A stretch of DNA of 49,023 bases, from contig MQRK01222846.1 of the NCBI GenBank assembly GCA_001938485.1, forward strand, positions 36,839-85,861, in the 5' to 3' direction. The first letter of the stretch is position 1. Every line of letters starts with the position of its first letter. The notes below the pieces were generated by a model. It did no database searches and was not told the DNA's origin. It worked only from the letters and a program-made list of their open reading frames with translations. Position numbers and translations under genes: made by a program. Source of the DNA: Girardia tigrina (lineage: Eukaryota). Of this stretch, positions 12,601 through 26,400 are shown one piece after another.

Positions 12601-15600
12601 GAAAGAAAAATAATAATAAAAAATAAAAAGAACAATTAAAAAGAATAAACACTTTGCTTTCTAAAAATTAAAATAGAGATGGGTGGAAATAATGACATTA
12701 AAAGGTGAAAGGACATTTTGGACGAGGGCTGTAACAAGTATGAATTGACTGAAGCACAGGTACAAAGTCACATAGACATCTGTCAATGATTCCTAGTTAA
12801 TTATCGGGATTCACAGTTCTTGAAATAAATTGTGACTTGAGATAAGAAATGGATTTACTTCAAGAATCTATAGAAAGGTACTCAATACTTGATGCAGGGT
12901 AAGCCAGTTGTCCCAGTTGTTCAAAGAGCTTTTAAAAAAGGTTATGCAGTGCTTTTGGTTGAATTTCGAATACTACATTTTGGAATCGTTTTGTAAAATC
13001 ATTAAATCGATGTTAATTTCTAGTTTTAATCTCTGGATGAAACTCATAAAGTTTTCAGTGCACCCTACTTGGTGTAGGTCAATTTAAATATGGCATTATT
13101 TCTGTAAAATAAGGCCTAAACGCATACTGCAAGGACAACTCTAAAGGAGATCCAGAGGCTTTCGGGTATTAAAGTCCTCTCTCATTCATCATACAGTTTG
13201 GATCTCGTATCTTCTGAATATTACTTTTCTTGGACGATAATTCCCTTTTTAAGAAGATAACAGTCCGAGAAGGCAAAAAATAAAAGCAACAAGTTTTGAA
13301 CATAAAAATTAAAAAAATATATCGACATGGAATCAAGCAGTTGACAAGAATATGGACCTCCATACAAAAGAAAACAATTATCTTAACTTTGAAAATTAAT
13401 AGTTACTTTTTAACATTTCTTGTTTTTCTAAACATTGATATTATAAAAATCCGGAAACTGTTGTAACACTTTAATATTTGATTTTAAATTATAATAGTTT
13501 TTTTAGAGTAATTTTTCAACTTGTCATTATTATCCTACAAAAATGAATAAAATTTATACATTCTACTTTATTTGTCATTTTTTCAGGAAGATTAAGACTT
13601 TAGGCGTTTTCCTTACTGTATTTTTTATATCCACCCAGACATCGCATACGATATTGTCATTTGGTTTGCCGAAAATCTTTGAGGATGTAATAGAGCTTTA
13701 AGGAATAAGTCAATTATTGAGTTGAGACTCATGAAAGGATAACAAATTTATGTTTATTTAAAAAAATGTTTATTTAAAAACCATATTATTGGGATATTGG
13801 TTTTATTGATTGAAGAATGAGCATATTTAATTTTATAAATTGTAAGGAATATTTTAAATTGTATGGATGTGTGAATGTATAAATGTATGAATATTGTATG
13901 TTGATTTGAGTATGCTGACCTTAGAATGGTGATTCTACCATTCAAATGACAATTGGTATTTTTTGTATATTTACAATGATTGATTATTCAAACATAATTA
14001 AAATAACAATTTGATAAGTTTATATTTTTAAAATTAACAATTAAAATTAAGTTTAATATTTTTTTAAAAAACAAAAAGAAAATCATTTACTTAGATTTAA
14101 ATAAAATTCATTTTTAACAATTTATAATCTTTTTATTATTCTGAGTTTTAATAAAGTAATAGTTAAAATTATTATTTTTAACTAATGTTTTTAGAAATTA
14201 AATATTTTAAAAAGAATTAGAAAAAAATTGATCGAATAATCATGATTAAAAATATAAATTAAAAAATCAATTAGAACGATGTCAAACAGTGAGTTGTAAT
14301 GACTCCAAAAGTGATAATAATAAAGATGATAATGAAAATTGTCTCAATGTTCTTAACATAAATGATGTACGTAGTGCTTACTTCAGGTGTAAGGAAGAGT
14401 GAAACGGGAAATTTCTTAATTAATTATTTTATTAATCAAAACAATACAGATGATAAAGATTGATAAAATGATCTTAAACGAATTTTTTGATTAATTATCT
14501 ACATTTATTTATATAAAGAATGATAGATAAATCAAAAAAGTACTTGAATGAACTACCGTTATAGTAACAGTTAGTAAAATGCCTTAATACTACTTGGAAA
14601 ATTTATTCTTTCATGAAAATATAATATGATATGCGGAAATTGATAAAATCAGATCATTTTTGCCATGATAATTTGAAAATCAGTAAATAAACTAAATAAT
14701 TAAATAAAACTCTCTTAAAAATTAAATTAATTATTTTAAAATGTTTTAAAAATAATTTTCAAGTTTACATTAAAATAAAATTAAATTAATCTTTTATATT
14801 TGATAGAATTTATTATATTTTTTATTTAATTAAATAATTATTTTTTTGTGTTTTGTAAATGTTTCTGTCGTTTTTTTAATTATATATTTTAGAATAAAGT
14901 AATTTTCAAACATTTTCAATTTATTTTCGTTTTATGTTTTAAATTTAAATGTTTTTAATCTGTGAAAAGTTTTTGTATTTTAATTTTTTATGTAAATTCA
15001 TTTTTTAAGTAATATATAATTTATTGATTGGTAGTTTATTTATTGTTCACTGTCGGTTAAAATCCGACAATTTTTTTGTAATTTGATACGGATTATCCAT
15101 TGAGTTTTGTGAATTCTTTGTTCTTTCAAATGACGAAGGAGACTCTAAGACGTTATTTTGAGAAAGAAACATGAAGTGGATTTTGATGAATTAATAAACG
15201 TTAATTAGTATTCGGAATCGTCAAATATTGTTTAACTGTAAATTGTATCAGTATGTTACATACTAAACTTTTTATTTTAACTTAAAAACCTTTTTATTTG
15301 TAAATTTTCTGAAGATAAGTTACTTTCTTTCTCAAAGGCCATTTGTTTTTATCAACTTTTTAATTTAAATACAAAAAAGACACTAAAAGTACAATATTTT
15401 TCCATCTAAAATACAGATATTTTGTAAAAAAAATTAATAGAATTTAAATTATCGTGTAGCAAAAGTATTAAATAAATATTAAAATTAGACTTCTGTAACA
15501 ATAATAAATATTATTTTATAATAAATCGTATTATATACAAGAATTTACGGTCGTATAACCATTTATAAATCTGGGAGATAAACTTTTACCTCAGCTAAAG

Positions 15601-18600
15601 TAACAAACAAAAAATCTATTCGACTACGATGAAGTTACTTCTTGTCATAAGGAAGAAACCCGTCAGTAAAACGTTGGAAAACACTTCTTGAAAGCATCAT
15701 GTGTTAGTTTTGTTACAAACCAATTCGATCATCACAAAATTCTAAATACGAGTATTAACTTAGATTTATTTTAAATCTGTGTCACAGAACCGATAAACAT
15801 CTTTGTTGTTTGTACACAGTCACTCCCTTGACAAGATGTTGTCGAAAAAGCGTGAGTAATGCATTGAAAAATCTAAAAATGCTTTATTTATTTACAAACA
15901 ACTATACAAACACCTGGTATTTTTATTTAAAGACGTTTAGCTGCAAAAGATTAAATTTATATATAATTTAATATTATCAACTGTTTAATTATTGTTGCTG
16001 TTTTAGGACTCTTGTGGAAAATAGTAAGCATAACAAGTACATTAATTGTTCTTAGGTTTTTCATTTTCAGTTGTTTTCTCATGTTTTTATTAAAGCTCTC
16101 TTGGTGAATTCCAAGCTCAACGTAAGGCAACGTAAAGAAACCCTATTCAAGATCCAAGGCAACTTAGTCTATCATCGACCACACTGTACAAAATTTGTAT
16201 TAAATTACAAATTCACACTTTCAAGTCTCTCAACGTATTGATTTCCCTTTTGTACAGACTTATACATCAGTCAGAATTTGGTAAATGATACTGAGAATTG
16301 TCAAAAGTTATTATTTTCACATCGCCAAAATCATTTCACCATTTTAATTAATGTTGAACAAAAATTGAGTCACAATTAACATACAGAAATTTCTAATGAA
16401 ACTTCTCAAAAATATGAAATATATAAATTTGAATGATAATATATAATTAATTATAATACTCAACAGAAAAATGATAAACTATCTTTACGTGAATCTCATT
16501 TATTAACTTTAATTGACAACGATATTGTGAATATTAAAATATGTTGATTAGACACATTATTCAGAGGATATGAATGTTTGAGATTGATAATAAATTGTCA
16601 TATTTAATAAGAATAATTGAACTTTTAGACTCACTTTAATGCTTCTTCTTCAGAATCTGACTGTAATGAATACTTGACCCCATTCCTCACAATATTAACA
16701 ATTGTTGTATTCAACCCATTATTTTTCAAGGAATGAGAACCACAATTAACCTTGAGAACCCTTATTGGTAACTGGTGGTATTTGTCTTCCGGTAGTTCGT
16801 ATGTGTAAATTGTGCAGTCCGAGTTTAAAACACAAAAGAGTTTCTGTTGAGATTCGACCATGTTCATGAACGCTGTCGAGAACTTGCTCACTGTCAACCA
16901 ACCTTTGATGACTCCATCTCGTTGTATTCTTTTCCTCTTTATTATTTGTCTTTCGATGGCGATTCTTTGATCACTTTCATTTTTCAATATCTCATAACAT
17001 TCACTACAGACTAATCCGCTTTGATTTGAGTAGGAAATATGTATCGAAAATGTCACACAATTCTCACAATAAAGTAACCCATCTCCGGAACAGTGACGAC
17101 GTTTAAGGGTTGCATTGAACCTTGTGGTGCAGTTGAAACCGTTACAAAAATTTGTCTGGCTTGGCTTTTGCCAACTTGGTGCTTCGAGTCCGATTTTAAT
17201 GTCGATGTCTTCGGCTTCTTCGTTTTTTAGTATAAACTGTAAATAAAAATGTAACAATCAAAATATTTTGTCTGATAATTTGAAAAAACTAATTATTGAT
17301 ATATAATACTTATAGTAATAAGTAAAAAGACATTATGTTTAAGTGTTCTGAATATAATATAAAATCATATGTTGTATTAAGTTACACAATGTTACACAGT
17401 CAATTTTAACAATGTTTCAAAAAGTGTTTCATTTAGATTTGGCTTAATCATTCTATATAAATCTATTTAAATCTTCACTTAGCTGAGTTGGTTAGAATGG
17501 ATATATATGAGCTATCATGGTAGTGAAGTGTAATGGTGTTGTTAAGAGGGTCCCTCGATAATTATTTCAGGAAGCTATAAATTATCTTTCAGTATAATAA
17601 AAATTATGAGCCACTGTCAATTATGAGCTTCTGTAATATACTAAGTGCTGATTTAATAACCTTTCAAAGATGTTTTCTATACATTTTGAGTTATGACTTT
17701 CAATTGACTATTTCTTATGAATATACGTAATTTAAAAAATACATCTAATGTTTTCATTTTTGTCTTTATCAATATTCATACATAGCTCATTTATATTCTT
17801 GACTTTGATTATTATATTATTGATCATTTATATCAACCCTAAAATCCATAACCATACTGAACAATCATTAATACTTCCCTGGATTAGTATTCCCCACCAG
17901 AGCTTTAATATCTATAACAGCAGTGTCCAAATGCGGCTCTTACAGTCGCACGTGGCTCTTTAAAGGGTTCTGTGCGGCTCCTTTTGAAATTACGAGAGAA
18001 TTTAATGATAATATAAATAAATACAAACTCGATATTTTATTCTTGGCAATTTGTTTAGTATGTGACAAAATTTTAGATGTTAATCTATAAAAATAAAAGT
18101 ATTAATAATTTTATTCTCTAATCCACTCTGAATTCTCTTTCTCCGAATAGAAAATACATATTAAAATAGCTTGTCGCCTTTCAATATGTTTTTTTAGACT
18201 TCATATGGTCTTTCAACGAAAACGAAGTTTAAAAGTTCTGTTTTTGTTATCGTACACGTGTTATACTGTTTGATCCACTCAAGACCGCCTTTGTGGTATG
18301 CTATCAATATTTCTGTAAAAACGATGTGATCAACTTTAATATTAGTTTGTTAATTGCTGAAGCTGCATCTCTAGTAATCTAAGAAAGTGTCGTTAATCTT
18401 ATATTAAATATAAAATTAACAGCACTTTCACAGATTGCTAGAGCAAGTAACAAAACTTTTATGAATTTCAATCACATCGTTTTTACATAAATATATATAG
18501 CATACCACAATGGCGGTTATAATTATCTCTATCACTAATTTAAGTGCGGCTCTTAAAAATACATAAAAACCTCGATGTTTCTCTTGTCAACCTCCTACGT

Positions 18601-21600
18601 GGTCACTCCTGATCTATAATATGTGACTTTTCTCCCTTTATAGGTTAGAATAATGAATGAAAGTAGACAGAAGTCGAACATTTTCAACTGAGTCATAAAA
18701 CAAAGGTGGTACTTTTAAGTATGACATAGGGTTTTGGTATTCAATTGGTTATCAATCAACCAAATTATCCCAATCGAGCACGTTTGATCCGTATTCTAAA
18801 GACCCTATATTAATTCATAAGTAAAATATTAAACTTTACAGAAGAACTGGAGTACATCATTTTTCGTTGCGTCGTTAATCATTTAATAACTATCCTATCC
18901 TCTCCAATGAGTTCTATGTCGTTTTTTGTAATTCAATTATATCATTTGTTAAAATATTTTTGTAAATTATATTAGGCTGGTCGAAAAATAATGGCAGTTT
19001 TTGGACACAAACTTCAAAGACGTGCAAATTCACAGAAACAAAAGTTTATTAATCAAAGTATGAACCGTTGGCATCAATACATTTTTGCCAACGAGANNNN
19101 NNNNNNNNNNNNNNNNNNNNNNNNNNNNNNNNNNNNNNNNNNNNNNNNNNNNNNNNNNNNNNNNNNNNNNNNNNNNNNNNNNNNNNNNNNNNNNNNNNNN
19201 NNNNNNNNNNNNNNNATGCCTGAAAAAGTAGAAGTCCGTTGGCGAGAGGTCTGGTGAATATGGTGGATGAAGCAGGGTTTCATAGCCCAACTCATTAAGT
19301 TTTTGAAGAGTCACTTTTGAAATATGAGGTCTAGTGTTATCATGACGAAGGATGGGACTTTTTCGATTGACCAATCCCGGACAAAAGTTTTTCAATTTTT
19401 TATGCACTTCATCAATTTCATGACAGTGCCTCTCCGCTGTGATTGTTTCGTCTGGATTCAAGAAACTATAGTGGATGCTTCCAGCATCACACCACCAAAC
19501 TGTCACCATAACCTTACGGGGTGTTAGTTTCGGTTTTGGAAAGTGTTTCGGTACTTCATCTTTGTCCAACCACTGTGCAGATCGACGTCGGTTATCANNN
19601 NNNNNNNNNNNNNNNNNNNNNNNNNNNNNNNNNNNNNNNNNNNNNNNNNNNNNNNNNNNNNNNNNNNNNNNNNNNNNNNNNNNNNNNNNNNNNNNNNNNN
19701 NNTCAAATCATGTGGAACCCATTTATCAAGTTTCTTGATTTTTCCAAGTTGTTTTAAATGATTCAGGACTGTTGAATGACTAATGCCCAACCCATCTGCA
19801 AGTTCTCTGATTGTTGTACGGTGATCTGTTTCCACCATTGTCCTCAAATTGTCGTTGTTCACATCAACTGGACGACCACGACCTTCTTCATCTTCAAGGT
19901 TTTCATCTTCATCAGAAAATTTTCGGAACCATCGTTGCACTGTGCGCTCAGAAGCTGTTCCCTTGCCAAACGCTTTATTGATTCTGCGAGCCGTTTCTGC
20001 TGCTTTACGACCCAGTTTAAATTCCTACACGAAAATTGCTCGAATTTTAATTTTTTCAATTATTAATTTAGCACCGTCAATATTCTAAAAAATAATAGCT
20101 ATTATTTTGATACGAACAGTAGATAAATTTGCATTACGAAGGAGCTTAAGAATATCGAATATGAGAATGGGGGCCTTGCTTGTTCTAAAATATTCGAATA
20201 ATATAATCACACAATTTTTAAACGAAGGTGTCATTTTGTTCATTTGGTTTATATATTTGTACTTTACAATTCAATAAGGCTGTTAGATTTAATTTGACTA
20301 ACAAATGTATCAAGTAATGTGTTTCAGGACATTGCAGTCATTCTATTTTTATATATAATACATTTTGTATATAAATTTCATATATTGTGTATTCTCTAAT
20401 TCTGAAAAACTAAAAGGGTATGGTCACGAAAATTAGTTTTGATATATGTTTGTGAAAATGACAAAAAGGAAGACATTTAATATTGAAAAGGTTCATGCGT
20501 TACAGACTCTGTACTATGGTTATTGAACTAAATTTTCAATGTCTTGTATTCTAAACATGTACGCGTATCTAAACTATAATTATCATATTCATTCAAATAT
20601 GAACCCTAAATTTCCGAACGATCTAGACAGAAAATAAAATATAATATAAAAAATCGAAAAGATATCTTTCTTCAACTTTTGGGTATTTAAAAAAATGTTT
20701 ATGAAATATAAAAATACTTTTAAAAAAATCAAAACGAGTTTATATTTCAACACGAATAATTATCGTATATCGATCATTAATATGATCTGACTTAAGTTTT
20801 CTTGCTGATTGTCCATTTTATTCCATTTTATTCCAGTTATTTTAATTTTTCAATCATGTTTGATTAATTAATTCAATAATTGGTAAATGTTTTGTTAAAA
20901 TACTAAAATGTAATCGTGAATGAATAAGTTAAAATTTCGGCTCTATCCGATAATGAAATGTTGGACAAATAATGACCAAAATATTTGTACGAAACAGGCA
21001 GACAAACAAACTGAGCGAATGAATATAAAGCGCGGTAATAAATAATAAATTCGATCTCATGCAATATGTAATATTTTATAAATTGAAATTAATTAAAATT
21101 TTAATAGAAATAATTCTAATGATTTTATTATTTTTATAATCACTTTACAAATTTAATATTATGTCTCTAAAATTAGCACTAGGAAAAGAAAGTATTGTCT
21201 TCAACACGTCTTGTCATAAAAGATTGTTACAATTATGTCTAGGTTTCTTATCTAAAAGTTTACAAAGAAGTTTACCTGTGCTATTTTTTTATCGAAAGAA
21301 TTCTTCCGATGTCTTGCCTCGCAAATCGTCGAATTGAGTTTTTCGATCCAAGTATAGAAATCCTGTTCCTTTTCTATTAAAAATTCACAAATGAATTCGC
21401 CACATTCTAATCGAAATCCTCTTTTCTTGCGCGACCCTGTATCTGTGTTTATAATGGAGAATTTACAAGTGGATAAATTAAGTTGATGTTTGATTTTGAA
21501 ACAGTGGAATTGAACGTTCTTGCGTGTGATGAAGATCATATGAGTGAACTAAAAATGTTTATTTTATGAAAAGAAAAAAGTCGTATTAAATTTTACCAAA

Positions 21601-21935
21601 AAAATCATTCGTTGTCTGATATGAGAACTCTGACGACAAACTTTTTGAACTAAACCTTTGTGAACAAATCTGACGCTTGGACTAATGGGATCTGTCGTGG
21701 AAAGCGTATTATATTCTTGTTGAGTTTTGATAAAGTCATTCTAAAATTTAATTGATTTCCAAAATTAGAAACGTTAACATTTTTTTTACAAAACATTCAA
21801 CAAAACATTTAAAATTACTTATTACTTATTAATAGCCATATTTAAACCTTAAAACAAATGTAATTAGTAGTCAGATTTTTGTGGAAATTTTCAGTTTCGT
21901 AAACCTAATGGAATGTTTTATTGTTCCATCTATAA

Positions 21936-21969
<34 letters not shown>

Positions 21970-23312
21970 GAAAAAAACCAAACATTACATCAGCGGACAG
22001 GAAAGTATTATTAACTATATTATAGAATATTTTTTAAATATTTTAAAGGTTAATAAAATAAAAAGAAATAAAATATATTTATATTTAATTTTACAAATGA
22101 TTTGTAAAAAAAAACGATTACATTACAGTTTAAAAATTACATCTTACAAAAATTACATTCTCTATTTATTAACCCTTTATCTACTGACGGATTTTATAAG
22201 TACCAATGACTTTCAAACTTCATAGCACAATAACCATTACTTATATTCTGAAGGTACGTTTTAGAAACTCTACTTTGTCTTGAAAGATATCAGTAGTTAT
22301 TCTAAGCTGATGAATTTTGAAGAAATTTCAAAATAGGAAGTAGTTGAAGAATTTGGAATATTTATAAAGAACTTTTCATTAGTTTATAATGCAGTAAATA
22401 AAGGTTACAACAAAATGGCAATGATTTCTAACATTTTCCAAACCTCAACGTGTCATTCCATTCTAATTTATATCCAGTTAGTGTAATCGCCTAAAGAGAT
22501 TCTAATTTCCAAGAAATATTTTACTCATATCTTCCATTAATCTTTTAACTGTATTTCTGGAGGCTCTATCATGCCAAAAACTCACTTCCAGATTTGGAAA
22601 GTCTGATTTAACAGCGGAAATGTCAGCATGGCCTTGTATATTGATACTTATAAACAATTTATGTAAGTCAAATTAATGCTTAAAGACTAAAAATAAAAGT
22701 AAGTGTTAATTTATTATTTACAATATTTTCAATTTTTTTCAATAAGACAATAAAACTTCTGGCGATGAGATATGGGATGTCTGTGCAGTTTTAAAAAAAT
22801 AAAAGTTTATCATTATATAAAGATAACGTAAAATATATAGTGATTTTAATTTACGGATAAATATTTTTGACTGAAAATATAAAAATATAGAAAAAATAAT
22901 AAACAAATAAAATATAAAAATATAAACTATAAAAATGAAGGATCTTATTTAATATATTTATGATAATCTACGTTTGTGGATAATTGTTCTTATAAATTAA
23001 CAAAAGAAAGTGTTTCTCCTAATGACATATAGTCTGGCCAAAGGTGTTTCGTTCAGTTTCGCTCTTTTCCATTTCTTCGAGCGATGCGACTTTTAAATCT
23101 GCTTAGCTTTATAGGAAATATATCGAATGACAAAAGGTCGTTTGAATCAAGATCAAATACTCATTACAAACTTTGTCTGTTAAAAAATAAAGTTTATAAT
23201 TAATATTATCAAACCTTCACTTAATATCCAGTCGTAACTTTTAATTTTAAAATTACAAATTATAATCAATAAAATCAGATTAAATTTTACCTTCCTAAAA
23301 ATTATTATTATA

Positions 23313-23348
<36 letters not shown>

Positions 23349-23410
23349 ACTTTTATTAGTATTATTTGTTATCGATATTGTAGTGTTTGTATAATTATTT
23401 GTTGTTTTAC

Positions 23411-23467
<57 letters not shown>

Positions 23468-26400
23468 TATTTATGTATGTATAAATTATTTATAATCTAT
23501 CTTTCTGTTTACAAACACACATTATATTTATCCGTTAAATAAGTGGAACCCTAAAAATAATTTGTTCCGATTTTAATATTACTTTATAATTGCTGTAATA
23601 ATTTTACGAATTCTGTCGATCCTAATTAATCTATATTACAAAATTAAATTGAAAATATATAAAAATAATTATTGAAAACATGGAAAATATATCACTCTAA
23701 CATACAAAAAAGAACAAAAAAACCAATTCAGGAACTTTTAATCCTTTTAGGTTTTACTTTTACAGGTACAAAAGTATGTTTATTTATTGTTAGTATTTCT
23801 TGTAAACGTTTATTTTCCAAGAATAAATTTATGGGTTTTAATTCGTTAGATAAGTTCAGTCAAAATTTATATTTCTCAACATTTACCTAAAATATAATTT
23901 AAATAAAGTAAAGACATAGAGAGGGGAATATTTTGAGCCAAATAACCCTCTTAAACTTTATATCATTGGGATTCATATTTGCATTATATAAAATATACTT
24001 TTGTATACGATCATCGCTACAATATAATCACAGATCTAGAAGCTCAGTTTAAAAAGCTTTTAAAGTAAATTTTTTTTAAAAATCGAATACAGGTTTGATT
24101 CCTAACTTTTCCTGTTGTTAAGTAATGATCGCTTATTACCAAATTCGAATGTTGAACAATGTTAAAATGATTGTATTGTACGAATTCTAAAATTCTTTTT
24201 CTTTAAAAAATATTTATAATACAATATAATTAAAGTGTGAGAAATCAAAAGTCGTATAGAGGATGTAATATATATTATTTACGATAAATTTTGCACAAAC
24301 ATTTTAGTTAATCTAAATTTATTTCATTTAAAACAATCACAAGCTTCTTTTACACCATTTGGTTGTGATTCAAAAGTTAAGGGCACTGGCACAATTATTA
24401 TTAAAACATTTATTATCATTACAAATAGAATCATCTCCATGACGACTGTCAGAAAATCCTTCACAATTCGTCATTATTCTAATTAGTGTTATTTCTAGAT
24501 TTTTAATAATGATTATTCGAATATATTTCTGCATAAATTTTTATTTTTATGTGAATGGGTACGTTATTGCAAATGTTGTGTCATTTTTTACTATTTTATT
24601 ATTTTTATTTGTTGTTATTTGGTCAGCTTGGGAAGGAACAACTTTCTGTTTTTTCGGAGGTAAAAAGATCTGGTTGTTTGGCCATAAAATTATTAAAGTA
24701 ATCAGCAGATTTCAGTGTCATCAATTTGGTAAAAGGACTTTTTTGAGCCCAAGTCGGAAAACTAAATTTCCCCATCATCGTTAGTAATAATAATTACAAT
24801 TATGTAATTATGAATTTTAAATTTTAAATTATTAATTGATGGTTGTCAGACATTATTATCAGTTATATATCATATTTTATATACGGACAACTTTATATTC
24901 AAAGAAATATTTATAAACCAAAAATTTCGAGATAAAAAAGAAAATTTCTAAATATATTAAATGAAGAAGATATAAAGAAAATTAAATTAAATATATATAT
25001 ATAAAGAACCAGACAATTAAAAAAGAGAAGATCCACAAGTTATAATATCTTTGTTATTTGTTGATATTATATATAATATATTATCTATTTTAACAAAGCG
25101 GAATTAGGGAAATTAAAATAAATAATATATGCATAAATTCTCAATAATAATTAATAAAATTGTGTACAAGACTCATTTAATAAAACAAATATCTTACATA
25201 ATCGCATTGAAGATTGCAGTTATGTAATATGTTTTGAACCAGTTTGATTGCGTCTGTAATTACAATATAAATATTGATTGATCCGCATTTGCACAGTAAA
25301 ATCAGTACCGTTGATCCGAGACTTCTCGAGATTATTGTCCAGACAATCCGAATATCCTGAGAGAAATTTCACTTTTAAAAGAGATTAACTTGATAAAATA
25401 TTACCATTTTTATATTTTATTAATTATTATTTGTCATTTTTAAGAACTATTATATTTTTAATAACAAAAATATCCTAGAACATTTACTGGAAAAGATCAA
25501 GTTTCTTTACACTGAACCTCTTTCACGTATTTTGTACATTCTCACTAATTATAATGAGAGAAAAAAATATAATTAATAGAACTAGTTAGTATATTAGGTC
25601 GTCAAGTATGACATTTGTAGAATTAAAGTAAAAATATATGGATAATTTACCAATACCAATATGTATGCCATTCATCAAAGTATGCTCCCATACTATTGAC
25701 ACACTTTCCATTTAAGTGGCAACTTGTTGAAGCCATTTGAATAAACATTTGGTTTGTGAGAATCTATAAATTCATGGAAGGCCACTTTCTCGGCATCTAC
25801 GGAATCGATTCTTTTCCTACCAAAAGTTATTCGAATTAAGAAAGAAATGCTAGTCAGTTGTGGCTAGGTTTGGTGAGTATAGAGGATGATGCAGAAATTT
25901 CCACTCAAGTTCATTTAGTTTTGTAACTGTCCTAAGTACAGAATGTGATTTTGCATTGTCTTGAGCAAGGTGGGAGTTTTTCTTAGCTTTTCCGTATTAT
26001 ATCTTCTAATTGGTTGCAATAGATATATGTTGGGATTAAAGAACCAGGTTTCATGAAGTCATAATAAAAATCACCTACACCAGACTACAAAACAATCACT
26101 ATCAGTTTCTTTTCATGAATGTTATGCTTTGGATTGTTTCTTATGCCGCATTCGTATCTCCTCACCTTGATGAATGTTTGCAATTATCATATTGGATCCA
26201 CTTTTCAACACAAGTGACGATTTTATTCAAAAAGTGATCACATTTATAACGATAAAGCATCATCAAGCAAGCATCCAAACGCTTTTGTTTCTGCTTTTCA
26301 TTCTAATCATGTGGAATCTACGTATCCAACCTTTTCATTTTGTCAATATGATTCAAGTGATTTAATATTGTTTGCTTTGTAACAGCAAACGATAGCAGTA

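Noticed and set aside
22306-22345. Hammerhead ribozyme (CTGATGA followed by an ATTTTGAA/TTCAAAAT stem)
   Set aside because: The stem is followed by AGGAAG rather than GAAA, and no stems I or III were found.
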